64,000 bases of DNA, from the NCBI GenBank assembly GCA_048013815.1, contig CM106586.1:16058001-16122000 (forward strand), read 5' to 3'. The notes below the pieces were generated by a model. It saw nothing but the letters and a program-made list of their open reading frames with translations, did not search any database and had not been told where the DNA came from. This DNA is from Setoptus koraiensis. Taxonomy: Eukaryota; Animalia; Arthropoda. Numbering within the stretch: the first letter of the stretch is position 1; every line of letters starts with the position of its first letter. A program made the position numbers and the translations under genes. Of this stretch, positions 1-11,628 are shown in pieces.

Positions 1-1
1 A

Positions 2-1897
2 CGCTCATCGACAGCCAACGAAACATCATCTAACAATAATTTTACACAACGTTCGAATAACGTTACACCCGAATTATCTGTTAGCGAGGACTTTGTTTTG
101 GCCTCTGGCCACAATTTAGCCACAGGTAATGACGACGCCGTTGGCCAAGCTTCTAAACCGTTGAGGGGTCCATTATTGGATCGACTTGTCATACCTGGAC
201 AGCAGCAGGTGCTACAACATCACTTATTGCATGCAAACAGCATGAATAATCTCATGTACAACACAACAGAATCCATCAGTCAACCCTCTACGCCCGGAAT
301 ATTTCTCACACCTGTAACACCACTGACGCCGTTATCTCAATTGTCACCGATGACGCCCGACAGCGCCATGACCTATGCTAGCACAGGAAGTGGCCTAGAG
401 CGGGCATCTGCCACCAGGAAACCGGTGAAAAAGAAGAAACGTGAAAGGAAGCGTAACATTAGGCCAGTTAGAACACAATTTCAAGCGCCCGATGAAGCTG
501 CCCTAAATGATGACGATGATTTTGATGATGGCACCGCTGCCAATGACGGCGGCGTTCATAGATCATCAGCAACAGGGGCCGACAACGGCGATAAACAACA
601 ACGTCAGATATCCGGCGTAAATGAACGTATTATATATCAGTTTCACTATCACAGTTGGGCAAGTCACACCTGTCCATCTATAGATTCTTTGTTGCATTTT
701 AGACGCAGAGTACGTATTTGTATGGAGGAAATGTCTAAATCCGGCAAGACAGGACCAACAATAGTGCATTGTAATGACGGTTGCGGTAGAACAGGAACCT
801 ATTTGTGTATAGACGCAAATTTGGAATTGGCCGAGGAGGATGGCGTATATGATGTATTTAATTATACAATGAAAATGAGACAGTCTAGGAAATTCTTAAT
901 TGACAATATTAAACAATATAAATTTGTTTATGACACCATAGAGGAATCAATGCTTTGCGGTAAGACATGGTTTCCGGTAAGCGAATTGTCGCAGAGGTTG
1001 AAACATAAATCATTGCGCAATCCAATAACAAAAAAGAACGAATATCAGCGGGAATACGAGAAGATAACAAGCAGAATGACCAGCAAATTTAGCATTGGCG
1101 ATTGCGCTGGCGGTCATCGGGTCGACAACAGAGAGAAAAATCGTGACGTTTCCACTGTGCCGCCGGACAATTTCAGGCCATATCTTACATCATTCCAATC
1201 TAATGACAACACAGATTATATAAATGCCGTCTTTGTTGATGGTTATACACGTAGCAAGGAATATATTGTAACAGAGTGGCCAATGCAGAGAACAATATCC
1301 GACTTTTGGTCGCTAATATATGACCACGATTGTAATAGTGTCATTCTATTGGCTAATCCAATTGATTCGTCAACTTATCCATCATTCTTATTGGGCGAAA
1401 AGGAGCGCCAGAGAAAATTTGGGTCCGTATTTACGGCGGACAAGGTTCAATCAAACGAATATCAGAACATAAGATCATGGATCTACACTATCAACAAGAA
1501 AATAATGGCTCTGTCAGAGGTAATGGCAGGCATGAAACCCGAACCTAAAACTACGCAAATTTTTCAGATCACGTGCTGGCCTCAGGGACATAGAGTTCCA
1601 ACATCAACAAATACCCTGGTGGAATTGATGAATATGGTGGAGAGGTGGCGCCAAAGAACTACCTACGGACCAGTTTGTGTAGTGTCGTTGGACGGCAAAT
1701 CTCGAGCTGGTGTGTATTGTGCCGCAAATGTTGCCATCGAACAGGTTGTACAACATGGAGAGGTAGACGTCTTCCAGGCAGTTAAGACAGTCAGAAGACA
1801 TAGGCCCCAATTGATAGAGAACATGACAGAGTACAAGTACTGCTATGACCTCATTCTTCATTATGTGTTACATTACTTAAATCAAAATACTACTTGA
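2..1897 (+). CDS. Dual-domain receptor-type protein tyrosine phosphatase-like protein (Ptp36E-like), 5' partial
   Basis: Frame is open from nt 2, so the gene starts before the window. D1 P-loop HCNDGCGRTG; D2 VVSLDGKSRAGVYC; conserved NREKNRD and DYINAVFVDGY motifs. Confidence 0.9.
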   Translation, partial: RSSTANETSSNNNFTQRSNNVTPELSVSEDFVLASGHNLATGNDDAVGQASKPLRGPLLDRLVIPGQQQVLQHHLLHANSMNNLMYNTTESISQPSTPGIFLTPVTPLTPLSQLSPMTPDSAMTYASTGSGLERASATRKPVKKKKRERKRNIRPVRTQFQAPDEAALNDDDDFDDGTAANDGGVHRSSATGADNGDKQQRQISGVNERIIYQFHYHSWASHTCPSIDSLLHFRRRVRICMEEMSKSGKTGPTIVHCNDGCGRTGTYLCIDANLELAEEDGVYDVFNYTMKMRQSRKFLIDNIKQYKFVYDTIEESMLCGKTWFPVSELSQRLKHKSLRNPITKKNEYQREYEKITSRMTSKFSIGDCAGGHRVDNREKNRDVSTVPPDNFRPYLTSFQSNDNTDYINAVFVDGYTRSKEYIVTEWPMQRTISDFWSLIYDHDCNSVILLANPIDSSTYPSFLLGEKERQRKFGSVFTADKVQSNEYQNIRSWIYTINKKIMALSEVMAGMKPEPKTTQIFQITCWPQGHRVPTSTNTLVELMNMVERWRQRTTYGPVCVVSLDGKSRAGVYCAANVAIEQVVQHGEVDVFQAVKTVRRHRPQLIENMTEYKYCYDLILHYVLHYLNQNTT

Positions 1898-2871
1898 GAT
1901 TTGATACTTATAGAACTGAATCATCATCTAAAAGCAACTTATAGTCGAAAGTATATATAGGTAGTCGTTCAGTTCTCTCCGGTAGCTAGTTGATGATCAA
2001 TTCGCTACCCAATGAAATCATCAGCTCGATCAATGAAAACAATTCTGTCTGTCAACATGAGACCTGGGGCCACTGTAGTTTATCCAATTGTCTTAAACGA
2101 ACAAGTTTGTACTATTGATCATAGTGTATTTAGAGCAGAAACAACAACAATACAAAAGAACAAGTTTAATATACATGAACATATAATGAATGTGGTTGAT
2201 TTTCGCCCTGTATCACGGAACTGTCTGAACTATCCAATAAGACATGTATGACACAAGAATGCGACGCCATTGCCTAATCAATTAGTTACGATGATAATTA
2301 ATTAATCAAGTCAAGGTCTTTGTTGATTGTTCAGATCCATCTTTTTGTGCTATATGTGCATTGTCTCGTAGGATGAATAACAGACAACGCACAACTCATG
2401 AACTCATTTTACATCGCCGCCCTCCATGAGGAGTTCTCGTTGGTCAATATCAACTCTGGTTGGTATCATGACGTATGATTAAGCCGATCGTCATACGATA
2501 ATGAAATGACGCTGAAGACTTGATAGTGGGTGATACACCTCGAACAATCAACAAGTCCACCGAGTATAGACCCCGTGTATTGGTAGTATTCCATAATATA
2601 GCTTGCATGCTCACGTACGATTATTGCTCGAAATGTCTGTATATGTTGACCTCATGAATAAAACATCAGCGTATTAGTTACGCCGTTGATATACATTTTC
2701 GCTCTATGGAAGATATAAATAGAGAATGGCTCCACTGTTCAATCCGATCTAAATAGAACATAACTATGTCGACCATTGAATGAATCAAAGCCAATCCTAG
2801 AGAATACCTCCGATATCATAGTACTGTCAGGCCATCACAACATAATCTATTATTATTGATAACAAAAAAAG

Positions 2872-3492
2872 ATGTCTTTTCCAAGAATGTCGCCCCAAGC
2901 GAAATTAACTTTCGCTAGTGTGCTACTGTTTGCTTCAGGTTAGTTGAGGCTCCGGTGTTTCTAAGGCACTACCCCCATCACGCATCAAACAACAACCTGC
3001 TCTCAATCGTTGATGATAATCGATTTGTATCACTTGTCGTCCGAATACCTATTCCCCTCGCCCCCCTGAACATTAGTTAGCCAAAGCTTGGCTCAAGGCG
3101 GCCTGGCCGACGCAGTGACAAGCTTCACAACCGGATTAACTGATGGCATAACTCGAAGTTTGACACAAGGTTTGGCCCAAGGACTGCAAGGCATGAACAA
3201 TCCTGCATTTGCCAATGGTCAGTTACCTTATCAAGGAGCTTTGAATGGTATGCAGATGCCGATGCAAATGCCTGGACAATACCCAAATCAAATGATGATA
3301 CCAGCCAATGGTTATCAGCAACAGATGATGCCAAACGGACAGTATAATTTAGGGGCCTACGGTGGCGTGCCAGGCATCAACGGTGCGTACGGTGGTTCGC
3401 CCATGATGCCTCAGTATATGGGCAGTCAAGCTGGAGCGGCGGGTCTTTTGGGCCGTTTCTTGGGTGGACTAGGCGGCGGCATGATCGTGTGA
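2872..3492 (+). CDS. Secreted Gly/Gln/Met/Pro-rich small protein (160 aa), two exons 2872-2938 and 3077-3492
   Basis: ATG 2872, donor G|GTTAGT at 2939, acceptor CATTAG| at 3076. Splicing restores the frame and gives a signal peptide MSFPRMSPQAKLTFASVLLFASVSQSLA followed by QGGLADAV. Confidence 0.75.
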
Positions 3493-5234
3493 GAACGCGT
3501 CCTGACAATGATCCCGGCCAAAATTCCGTTAGATACCCCGGGATGCTGTAATGGTTGGCAGTCAGCTCATAATTTTTGTCATGCAACTTTGCGGATGAAT
3601 AGTTTCGAAAGTCAAATTATCCTCACAATAGGAACATTAGGATGGGCCGGGTATCGTGAGGACTCGGGACAAGATCATCAAGGGATTAAATACATAAATA
3701 GAGGGACCCCAATATCTGTGCAGCCTGGGCACGATTTGCGACAAGTTTGGTTCGGTTTCATTTTGTGAACCGCACCATCACACACCTTGGCCAGTAGCGT
3801 GGCGCACTCAAGTCTAGCAATTGTACAAATCGAAAACGCACGCACATTTACGCATGCACCATGAACGAACGAACGAACGAATGAAATGGCTGAAAAAGCA
3901 AGCAAAGTAAAAGTACAAAAGAGCGCATTTTTTACACAAGCACTCGCTAAAATTTCTACACAAACACAAGTCTCTATCTCACAGTGTGTGCGTCCCTCTC
4001 TCACTAAAATACTGGGTGTAATCGAACTTTTGTAGGCAGCATTTCTGTGCTGAGATACACACACAAATTTGAATTTCAACTCTGTGTGTGTATGCGTTTA
4101 ATTTTGGTGCAAGTTGCTCGCAACGCAAACTGTACATGTTGTGCCAAGTCTAGACTCTAGATTGTTCCATGCAGACACTGTGTGTAGAGAGAATGCTGCT
4201 TGACTGTGTCACTCTAAAGCTGTTGCCCGCAGTGCGAAGCAAATCCGTGAGAGGCGCCTCTGGCGGGCGCGGTTCAGCCGAGCCGACTGGATGAGTCGGT
4301 CTATTTCTTGTCTAGCTAACATTTATACGCAGTTGTTGCAGTTGGCCAGACAATAAACAAGACTTGCCGAGCCTACCACATTGTACACTGTACTGTGTAT
4401 AGGCCTGTATGTATAGTCATGTATAGCATGTGTGTGTCACGGCGTGAATGGCCCGCGTGAATCAGTGCTTTATAGCAAGGTAAAAGAAAGCGGTGCAGCG
4501 CCGCCCTCGCGGATATCTTGAAAACTTGAAGAACCATTCTAGGAAAAAAACATGTACACACATACTCACACAAACACACACAGCGTACAGTATATATTGC
4601 ACACGCACAAAAATGCTCCAGTGTGTGCGTGTGTGAGCAGAGTTGCTGCCTTCGAAAGTCCGAATACACCCTGTACATATATTTTGTATATATAGAGGCA
4701 AAGTGTGATCCTTCGTTAGCTTAATAGAGTAGGACGGGGAGAGATACTTGCACAGAGAGAGGCGAGTGTAATTATTATTGTTATATATTGTCATTATTAT
4801 TATTATTATATTATTATTATATTATATTATTATAACTATCACTATCACCAACAACTATTAATATTATTGATACCATTGAAACAAAATTATTATTAATATT
4901 TACATATTATTATCATCACTACTATTATTACATATTGCAACCATCAATCAATCACAACCCAACCAATCCATCTGAAACAAGTATATATGATTGTATTTAT
5001 ATCTCAAGTTATTATATATATATTATTACAAATACAAAAACAAATACAACACCAATCACAACAACAACCTCAACCACAACCACAACCACGATCACAACCA
5101 CAACTAAAAAACGAAAACGAAAATACAATCGCTACTACTACAACTTCATATTAATTATCATCATAAATAACAAATTTTGAACAAACCAAAATCTACAACA
5201 AGAGCAACCAAGAAAGAAAGAAATCTCATCAACT

Positions 5235-7594
5235 ATGCCTCGAGATTCAAGTCCATCTGCCAACCCGTCCTTAACCAACGCATCGTCCGGATATAGAGAG
5301 GCTGGTATAGTTGAGAAACTACTTACCTCTTATGGATTTATACAATGTTGTGAGAGGCAGGCAAGACTATTTTTCCATTACAGTCAATATAATGGCAAAG
5401 TCGAACATCTCAGATTGGGTGATCCAGTCGAATTTGAGATGACACATGATAGAAAAACTGGAAAGCCAATAGCAAGCAGTGTTAATAAGATCAGTTCGGG
5501 GGCTATGTTCGATGAGCAACTAAGCCAGGAGCGTGTCTCTGGATTTATAACACTTGAAGTCTCAAAGGATACAGAAGGCCGAGTGGCATACGAGAATCGG
5601 GGCGAGTGTTTCTTTCTACCTTTTTCAGAACTAGACGTTGAAGGCGACATTAAATTAGAAGCCAAAGATCAAGTAACATTTCACATAGCAACAGACAAAT
5701 CGGGCAACTTAAGAGCTAAATGTTTGAAACTTGAGATGCCAGCTCCTGCGCCATATCGAGGCATAGTCTGTACCTTAAAAGATCGCTTTGGTTTCATCAA
5801 GCGCGCTGACTGCATTAAAGAAACATTCTTTCACTCATCCGGTTGTAATAACAAAATCTTCAACGAGCTCAGCACTAATGATAGTGTTGAGTTTGATATT
5901 CAAATAAGAAATTGTAAAGAAGTTGCCGTCGATGTAACTCGTCTGCCGCCGGGATCCGTCGTCATCGAAGATATCTCTCCGATAGTACGAAGAGGCATAC
6001 TAACTCGAACGATTGATAAATCATGCAACAATAATGGTAACAATGGTAACAATAGTAACAATAGCACTAATAGCTTAATATCGTCATATCAGCAGCTAAG
6101 CAATTCAAGCACATCATTTTTCTCATCATTTTTCTCACCATCACTGTCATCACCGCCACAATCAGCATGTTCATTATTAACTACAACTAAGTCGCAATTA
6201 CCATCGTTATTATCTAATTCTTCCTCCCCATCGTCTTCTTCTGCAACGCAAGCTGGTCAACCACTATCACAACTACTACAACAATCTTTAGATTTGACTC
6301 ACACGCAACTATATCTCGGTCGAATAAGCTACACAACTGATTCGGGAATAGAAGCTGAAATTTCATATAGTGATCGCGACGTTAAAGGAGAATATACTCT
6401 TCACCTAAGTGATATTATTGAATTCAATATTGCAACAGATAGACGTGATAACAGTCAACACGCAACTAATATTAGGCTACATAAAGATACATTTAGAAAT
6501 TCATCGGAAAGACGTGAGCAAGGTTATATAGCAGCCATTAATGATTCATTCGGATTCATTAAGTGCTTGAATCGTGATGGAACACGTGTTTATTTTCGCC
6601 CTTATGAACTGATTGATTCAAATATTCCATTAAGACTAAACGACGAAGTTGAATTTACAGCCGTCTCAGACACGCCACATAATAGAATGCAAGCCATTCG
6701 TATCATGCCATTACCTAATGGGACGGTATTTAAAAATTTATTTCCATTTAGAAGTAGTAGTAACCATAATAATAGTAATAGCATCAATAATAGTAATAAT
6801 AATGCGACATCAACGGCCACAACACTATCATCAATAGCATCAACAATGTCGCGACAAATCAGTAGCAACAATATCCTAGGCAACAACATAGAAAATATTG
6901 TACAGAATCATGTCCTTGGGGACAAGGACAATCTTCATTATAATTCTAATGCAAGTCATAACAATCATTTACACAACCATCACTTTGGTCATAACAACAA
7001 CTATCACAACACATCGACATCATATTTCACTGGAACTAATGGCTTCGGGACTGCGCCTTTTGAAACATTCTCCATTGGCAACCAATCAGAAGTGGTCGAT
7101 AATGATTATCCTTTAATTGATCTTAATACTGATGTTAGTAGTGTATCTAACACTGCTATATCAGGTGATTCAACTCGCTTCGGACAAAGCTCTCAAAATA
7201 GATCATTCAGCAATATCAACGGAAATAACCAGCGACCAGGAATTAAAAGCGATTCTTGGTCTGAAATCTTGACTCAATTGCCTCTCGATTTAAATCCACA
7301 TAACAATTGCGAGACCTTGGACGGTCAAACTAATAGCTCACTTTACAGACCCGAAAAGGTTATTTCATCCAAACTAAAAACTAATCAATCCGAAGAATTC
7401 AGAGGTCCAAAGATTATACTGATCCGTCAACCTAGAGTAAGTACTATATAGAGAGATTAGTAATAACACACATCCTCTACTGGCAGTAAATACGTGTAAC
7501 TACTAATACATTCGCGCACTTTTCTTTTTCTCCAATCTCCAAGGGTCCCGAGCCAGGCAAAGGATTTGATCGTAATCAAGAATACACTGAGTAA
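5235..7594 (+). CDS. CSDE1: Cold shock domain-containing protein E1 (Unr), exons 5235-7436 and 7544-7594, 750 aa
   Basis: CSD motifs GIVEKLLTSYGFIQCCERQARLFFHYSQ, GFIKRAD and GFIKC. A phase-0 intron (GTAAGT...AAG) restores the SUZ-C motif IRQPR|GPEPGKGF. Confidence 0.93.
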
Positions 7595-8010
7595 CTAAAT
7601 GAGTAAACTAAGAGAAAAATGGTTAAGCTATCAACTGACTGTACACAATTAAGCAAATTTTGATGCTTTCGCGTCATATTCTGCTACTATCATATTTGTA
7701 GATTGCTATCAGCTTATAGGACTTAGATAACTTTAGTCGTTCTGGGCCATCGATACACTCAGCCGGCAAATGGTATCAATCCAATGGAACATTGCAAGAA
7801 ATTTTCTGTATCAGTATGTTTGACAAGATCATCCTAGAATCACCACTTCTCAAAGCTTAAAAGATAAAATTGATATAACAATTGTAGACTAGAAACTGAT
7901 TAAATTAAAGTAAGACAACAAGAGTAACCCAGCTAAATTATCCGCTAGACTGTAAATCTATTGATAGCTAAAATTTTCAGCTTCACGGATAAAAGTTAGA
8001 GAATATACGT

Positions 8011-9824
8011 TTATTGATCAACATAAGTAAAATCAAAGCATTGCGACAAATCCATATCGATGGGAAATTGACTACAAGGGTTGAATAATTCATGGCATTG
8101 TTTGTTATATAACTTTAAGGCGCTGACTAATTTGTTCAACTGGGAGGACAAATGTTGAACATGTTTCTGATCAAGAAGCTCAATTTTCGCCATTACATCG
8201 GACCTTAGACGTGAGAAGCGCACTCTAGCGTCTTGGCGGCATCTTAGTATTAAGCGATACTCATAGTTACCTGTTTCAACTCTATACAATGGTTCGTGCA
8301 TGGAATAATAATCCTTTTCTTCATCGTCCAACTCTTTGACTTTCAAACAATATGATAAATATTCGAATTTTATATCGGCGTACTTTTTAATAGTTAATCT
8401 CGTGTCCGGAATGGCCTTTTCTATATATGTATCTAAGTCTCCAAGTATAAACTTGACTTTTGTCAACATATCTAGACCGAACTTCTCAAACATTCGATGA
8501 GACTCACCAAATTTCCTTAGAGCCTCACCAACTTCCGGTTGTTTTTCTTTGCATCCAATCTCGGTGAAAACGTCTCCGAATGCTTTGTAAATGCGACCTA
8601 GATCATATAATGAGCGAAAAGTATTCTTGATTCGTTCTCTAATGCCAGAATAAATAGCTTCGTTCCGTTGCAATTCTTGCATCCGTTTGACGAGGTTATC
8701 ATTGCAAAGTATCGCACGACTCAATCCAAATGTATCGGCAGTAGTGGCGCTCATATTCTCAACAATCCTGTGTTTCATCTTCTTCAAGATTATATCAAGG
8801 GATTTCCCTTGTTTCGGATCGGCGTGCAATTTGTTATAATTGATGACCACTTTATCAGAACTGGACTGAATAGCTTTGGCTACCTCATTTTTTGTCTTGC
8901 CTTTGACACTGACTCCGTTGATACTAATAATTTCGTCTCCCGACTGAAGCGTGCCTTCGTTGGCGGTTGGTGTGTTATCGAATACCTGGACTATGTAAAC
9001 ACATGGACAATTTGGAGCTCCCCCACCTATGCTTATGCCGATCAAGTTCGTACTGTCCTTAGATATGGTTACCTGTCCTGACGTAACAGTCATACCACTG
9101 AAAGCATAGATTCATTAGATTAGGGAAGAGATAAGTCAAATTAAAATACAGTTACAGTAGAAGATAGTGAGTTATGGAATAAACTATTTGATAGGTGAAG
9201 ATAACATTACAGCCTATCTTCTATGTAACACATATTATCAGGCCAATAGTCTGGCGAATTTGGATCCCACTCTCTTGTGTATAAAGGCATATAAGGATAG
9301 GTTATTACTGAACGATGCATTATTATAAACTGATTGATGCGATAATAAAATTGATTTGAATCCGATGTATGTGAATTGATTAACTCTATCAAATTTGTTT
9401 AGATGGATATCTAAACACTCGTTCAATATAAACAAAATAGTTGAATATCCAGATGGTAATTTTCCCATCAAGTTTTATTGTTGTTACATCGTTCATGACA
9501 CTATATCAGGTGGTCGTAACGTATATGATTCTGAATAGAGTTGCATATGGCACAAAACAACAATCGATTCTAAACATAAAATAGTTAAGATAGCCTTTGA
9601 ATTAAACATTCGATTCAACATGGTAGAATAACAATGATCGTAACTGTCATAGCCTGATGAAAGGCACGCAGGTGATGAGGGGCATCATAAACATCAAGAG
9701 TGCAGCTATGACATGAGAGTCGTTCAAATATAAACCCACATAATACTCACAGTTTATCCTCGCCATAAATATCCAACCCAAAAGCTGGATCTGACAAATC
9801 TCTGTACATGTAGTCTAGGTCCAT
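8011..9824 (-). CDS. PICK1: PICK1 (PDZ + BAR/arfaptin domain); main exon 8011-9097, first exon 9751-9824 or 9211-9320
   Basis: PDZ KDSTNLIGISIGGG; BAR IKKYADIKFEYLSYCLKVKE. Acceptor TTTCAG at 9098. Two upstream exons end in EDKL and EDRL with phase-2 donors. Confidence 0.95.
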
Positions 9825-10126
9825 CGCCCCCAAAACGGTATCGGATATCATGGGATATATCCGTTGTATTCTGTATTAGATATGAAGCTTTACTATCGTC
9901 TGTTCTACTGTGAAACATTGATTTACAGATTTTTTAGCAATTTCAATTCAGTCTGGAACCAGCTGGTTCAGTTGAGTGGTTTATTAAAATAAAGTAAGTT
10001 ACATAACAATAAAGGGTATATAGAAGAATTCACCGCTTTTATTCTACGACTGCGCGGGTACCAAATCTTTCGACATTAGTTTGTCTCGTACACATTTGGT
10101 ACCACGCAATATTGGTTTAAATATGA

Positions 10127-10537
10127 TCAAGCTACAGATTCATCAAGGGGGTTTAATATGGCAACGAGCATATATTCCTTGTCGGGCACAACTAAGAACT
10201 CCCATTTTTTTGTTCGCATCTTCAAGAATGTGAGTTCATCATTCTCTTTGAAGGCAAGCTTGCACCTGTCGATAACCTGAGTAATATGTGACATATACTG
10301 AGGAACAATTTGGGCATTATTCGGATTAGATACCGTTGATCTGATGATGTGACTATCTTTGTTTACAACTACGACATCTACCACGTTCTTACTGGCCTTT
10401 TGGACCCTCATTATGGCATCCTCTATCTCAATCTGAGTAATACGACACACATAGAACGAAAAAGAGAGCCCCGTTAGAAAATCTGTAAGTGGTGTTATTA
10501 TAGCTATTTTAATAGTTTTGTCTAAAACACTTACCAT
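10127..10537 (-). CDS. Roadblock-type dynein light chain, divergent; ATG-only first exon plus exon 10127-10432 (102 aa)
   Basis: ATG|GTAAGT at 10534, acceptor TTACTCAG at 10433; NDELTFLKMRTKKWEFLVVPDKEYMLVAI matches the roadblock/LC7 C-terminus. Confidence 0.85.
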   Translation of the reverse strand: MVSVLDKTIKIAIITPLTDFLTGLSFSFYVCRITQIEIEDAIMRVQKASKNVVDVVVVNKDSHIIRSTVSNPNNAQIVPQYMSHITQVIDRCKLAFKENDELTFLKMRTKKWEFLVVPDKEYMLVAILNPLDESVA

Positions 10538-10721
10538 ATTTACAATCTCTTGTTGTAATCTTAGGAGTCGGGCTTGTCAATAGAACCGTGTGGCTTGTTA
10601 TCTGTCGATATGTAATTTACGGTCTACGATCTAACGGATCATGATTATCTTGGAGAAAAAGAATGGTACTCTGGAACTATTATTGTAAAGGTTTTCGACC
10701 TAATATCACTGCATCTCTGTT

Positions 10722-10736
10722 CGAAGCTTCGAGAAA
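10722..10736. promoter_or_regulatory. Heat shock element (3 units)
   Basis: cGAAgcTTCgaGAAa matches nGAAnnTTCnnGAAn, 250 bp upstream of Aha1. Confidence 0.7.
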
Positions 10737-10858
10737 AGGCGCGACTGTTTAAAAGCCTGTACTGTTGTTGAATGTGCATTTCCTTCTCCGTATTGCAACT
10801 TGCAAGTCTCGAATGTGACTATCGTCGGATAGTAATATCATTCAAACACTCGCGCTCT

Positions 10859-10873
10859 TTTCTCGAAGCTTCA
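10859..10873. promoter_or_regulatory. Heat shock element (3 units)
   Basis: tTTCtcGAAgcTTCa, perfect HSE about 110 bp upstream of the Aha1 ATG. Confidence 0.7.
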
Positions 10874-10985
10874 CCTGACGACTGTTTTCAGCTATATTCT
10901 TTTTCAAGAAAAAGACACCTCAAATCTTCTTCTATAATCAAAGCTAATACGTCTTATTAATCCAATACCTGGAATTATCGAATCA

Positions 10986-11558
10986 ATGGCTCTGTGGGGA
11001 CAAGGAGATCCAAGATGGATAGTAGAGGAGAGGCCAGATGCGGTGAACGTAAATAATTGGCACTGGACAGAGAAAGAGGCTACCCCATGGTCCAAAGAGA
11101 CCATCACAAATTTGTTCAAGAATATGATTATAGAAGACGTCAAGATAGGTAAGGTGACCATTGAATCCGTGGACCAAATCAAAGGTGAAGCATGTATTAA
11201 TAATCGCAAAGCCAAACTCATATACATATACGATTTTGATGTGGAACTAAAATGGTCTGGTAAAGTAAATGGGAACGATAAATCCATAACAGGTCTCATC
11301 AGCCTACCCAATTTTAGTGATGAGAATGATATAGAAGAAGTAGATGTAAATGTCACAGTTACGGCAGATGACTATAAAGCTGATCCAGAAATATCGCAAA
11401 AACTCAAGGATATGATTAGGAAGATAGGCACCAAACCATTGAGGGACAAGTGTAAAAAATATGTTGATATGTTAAAAACGGAATTCAGTGGCGGTGTTAT
11501 ATTACCAACTAAAGAAACTACAACAGCAAACCCTTCTACGGGACTAGATAAAAAGTGA
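10986..11558 (+). CDS. AHSA1: Hsp90 ATPase activator Aha1, N-terminal domain only (190 aa)
   Basis: MALWGQGDPRWIVEERPD..NVNNWHWTEK, INNRKAKLIYIYD and LPNFSDEND are Aha1-N hallmarks. Confidence 0.93.
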   Translation: MALWGQGDPRWIVEERPDAVNVNNWHWTEKEATPWSKETITNLFKNMIIEDVKIGKVTIESVDQIKGEACINNRKAKLIYIYDFDVELKWSGKVNGNDKSITGLISLPNFSDENDIEEVDVNVTVTADDYKADPEISQKLKDMIRKIGTKPLRDKCKKYVDMLKTEFSGGVILPTKETTTANPSTGLDKK

Positions 11559-11628
11559 ATAATACAATTTTGTGGCACTAAATTGTGCATCTAAACTTGT
11601 CCATGAGCTGTATTACACTCAATATAAT

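Noticed and set aside
2320-2554. 13-bp perfect inverted repeat 210 bp apart (possible MITE ends)
   Set aside because: No convincing target-site duplication or second copy; about chance level for a 64-kb window.
9645-9713. TGATGA boxes and a 9-bp stem suggesting a C/D snoRNA
   Set aside because: Antisense to the host intron and no properly placed box D.
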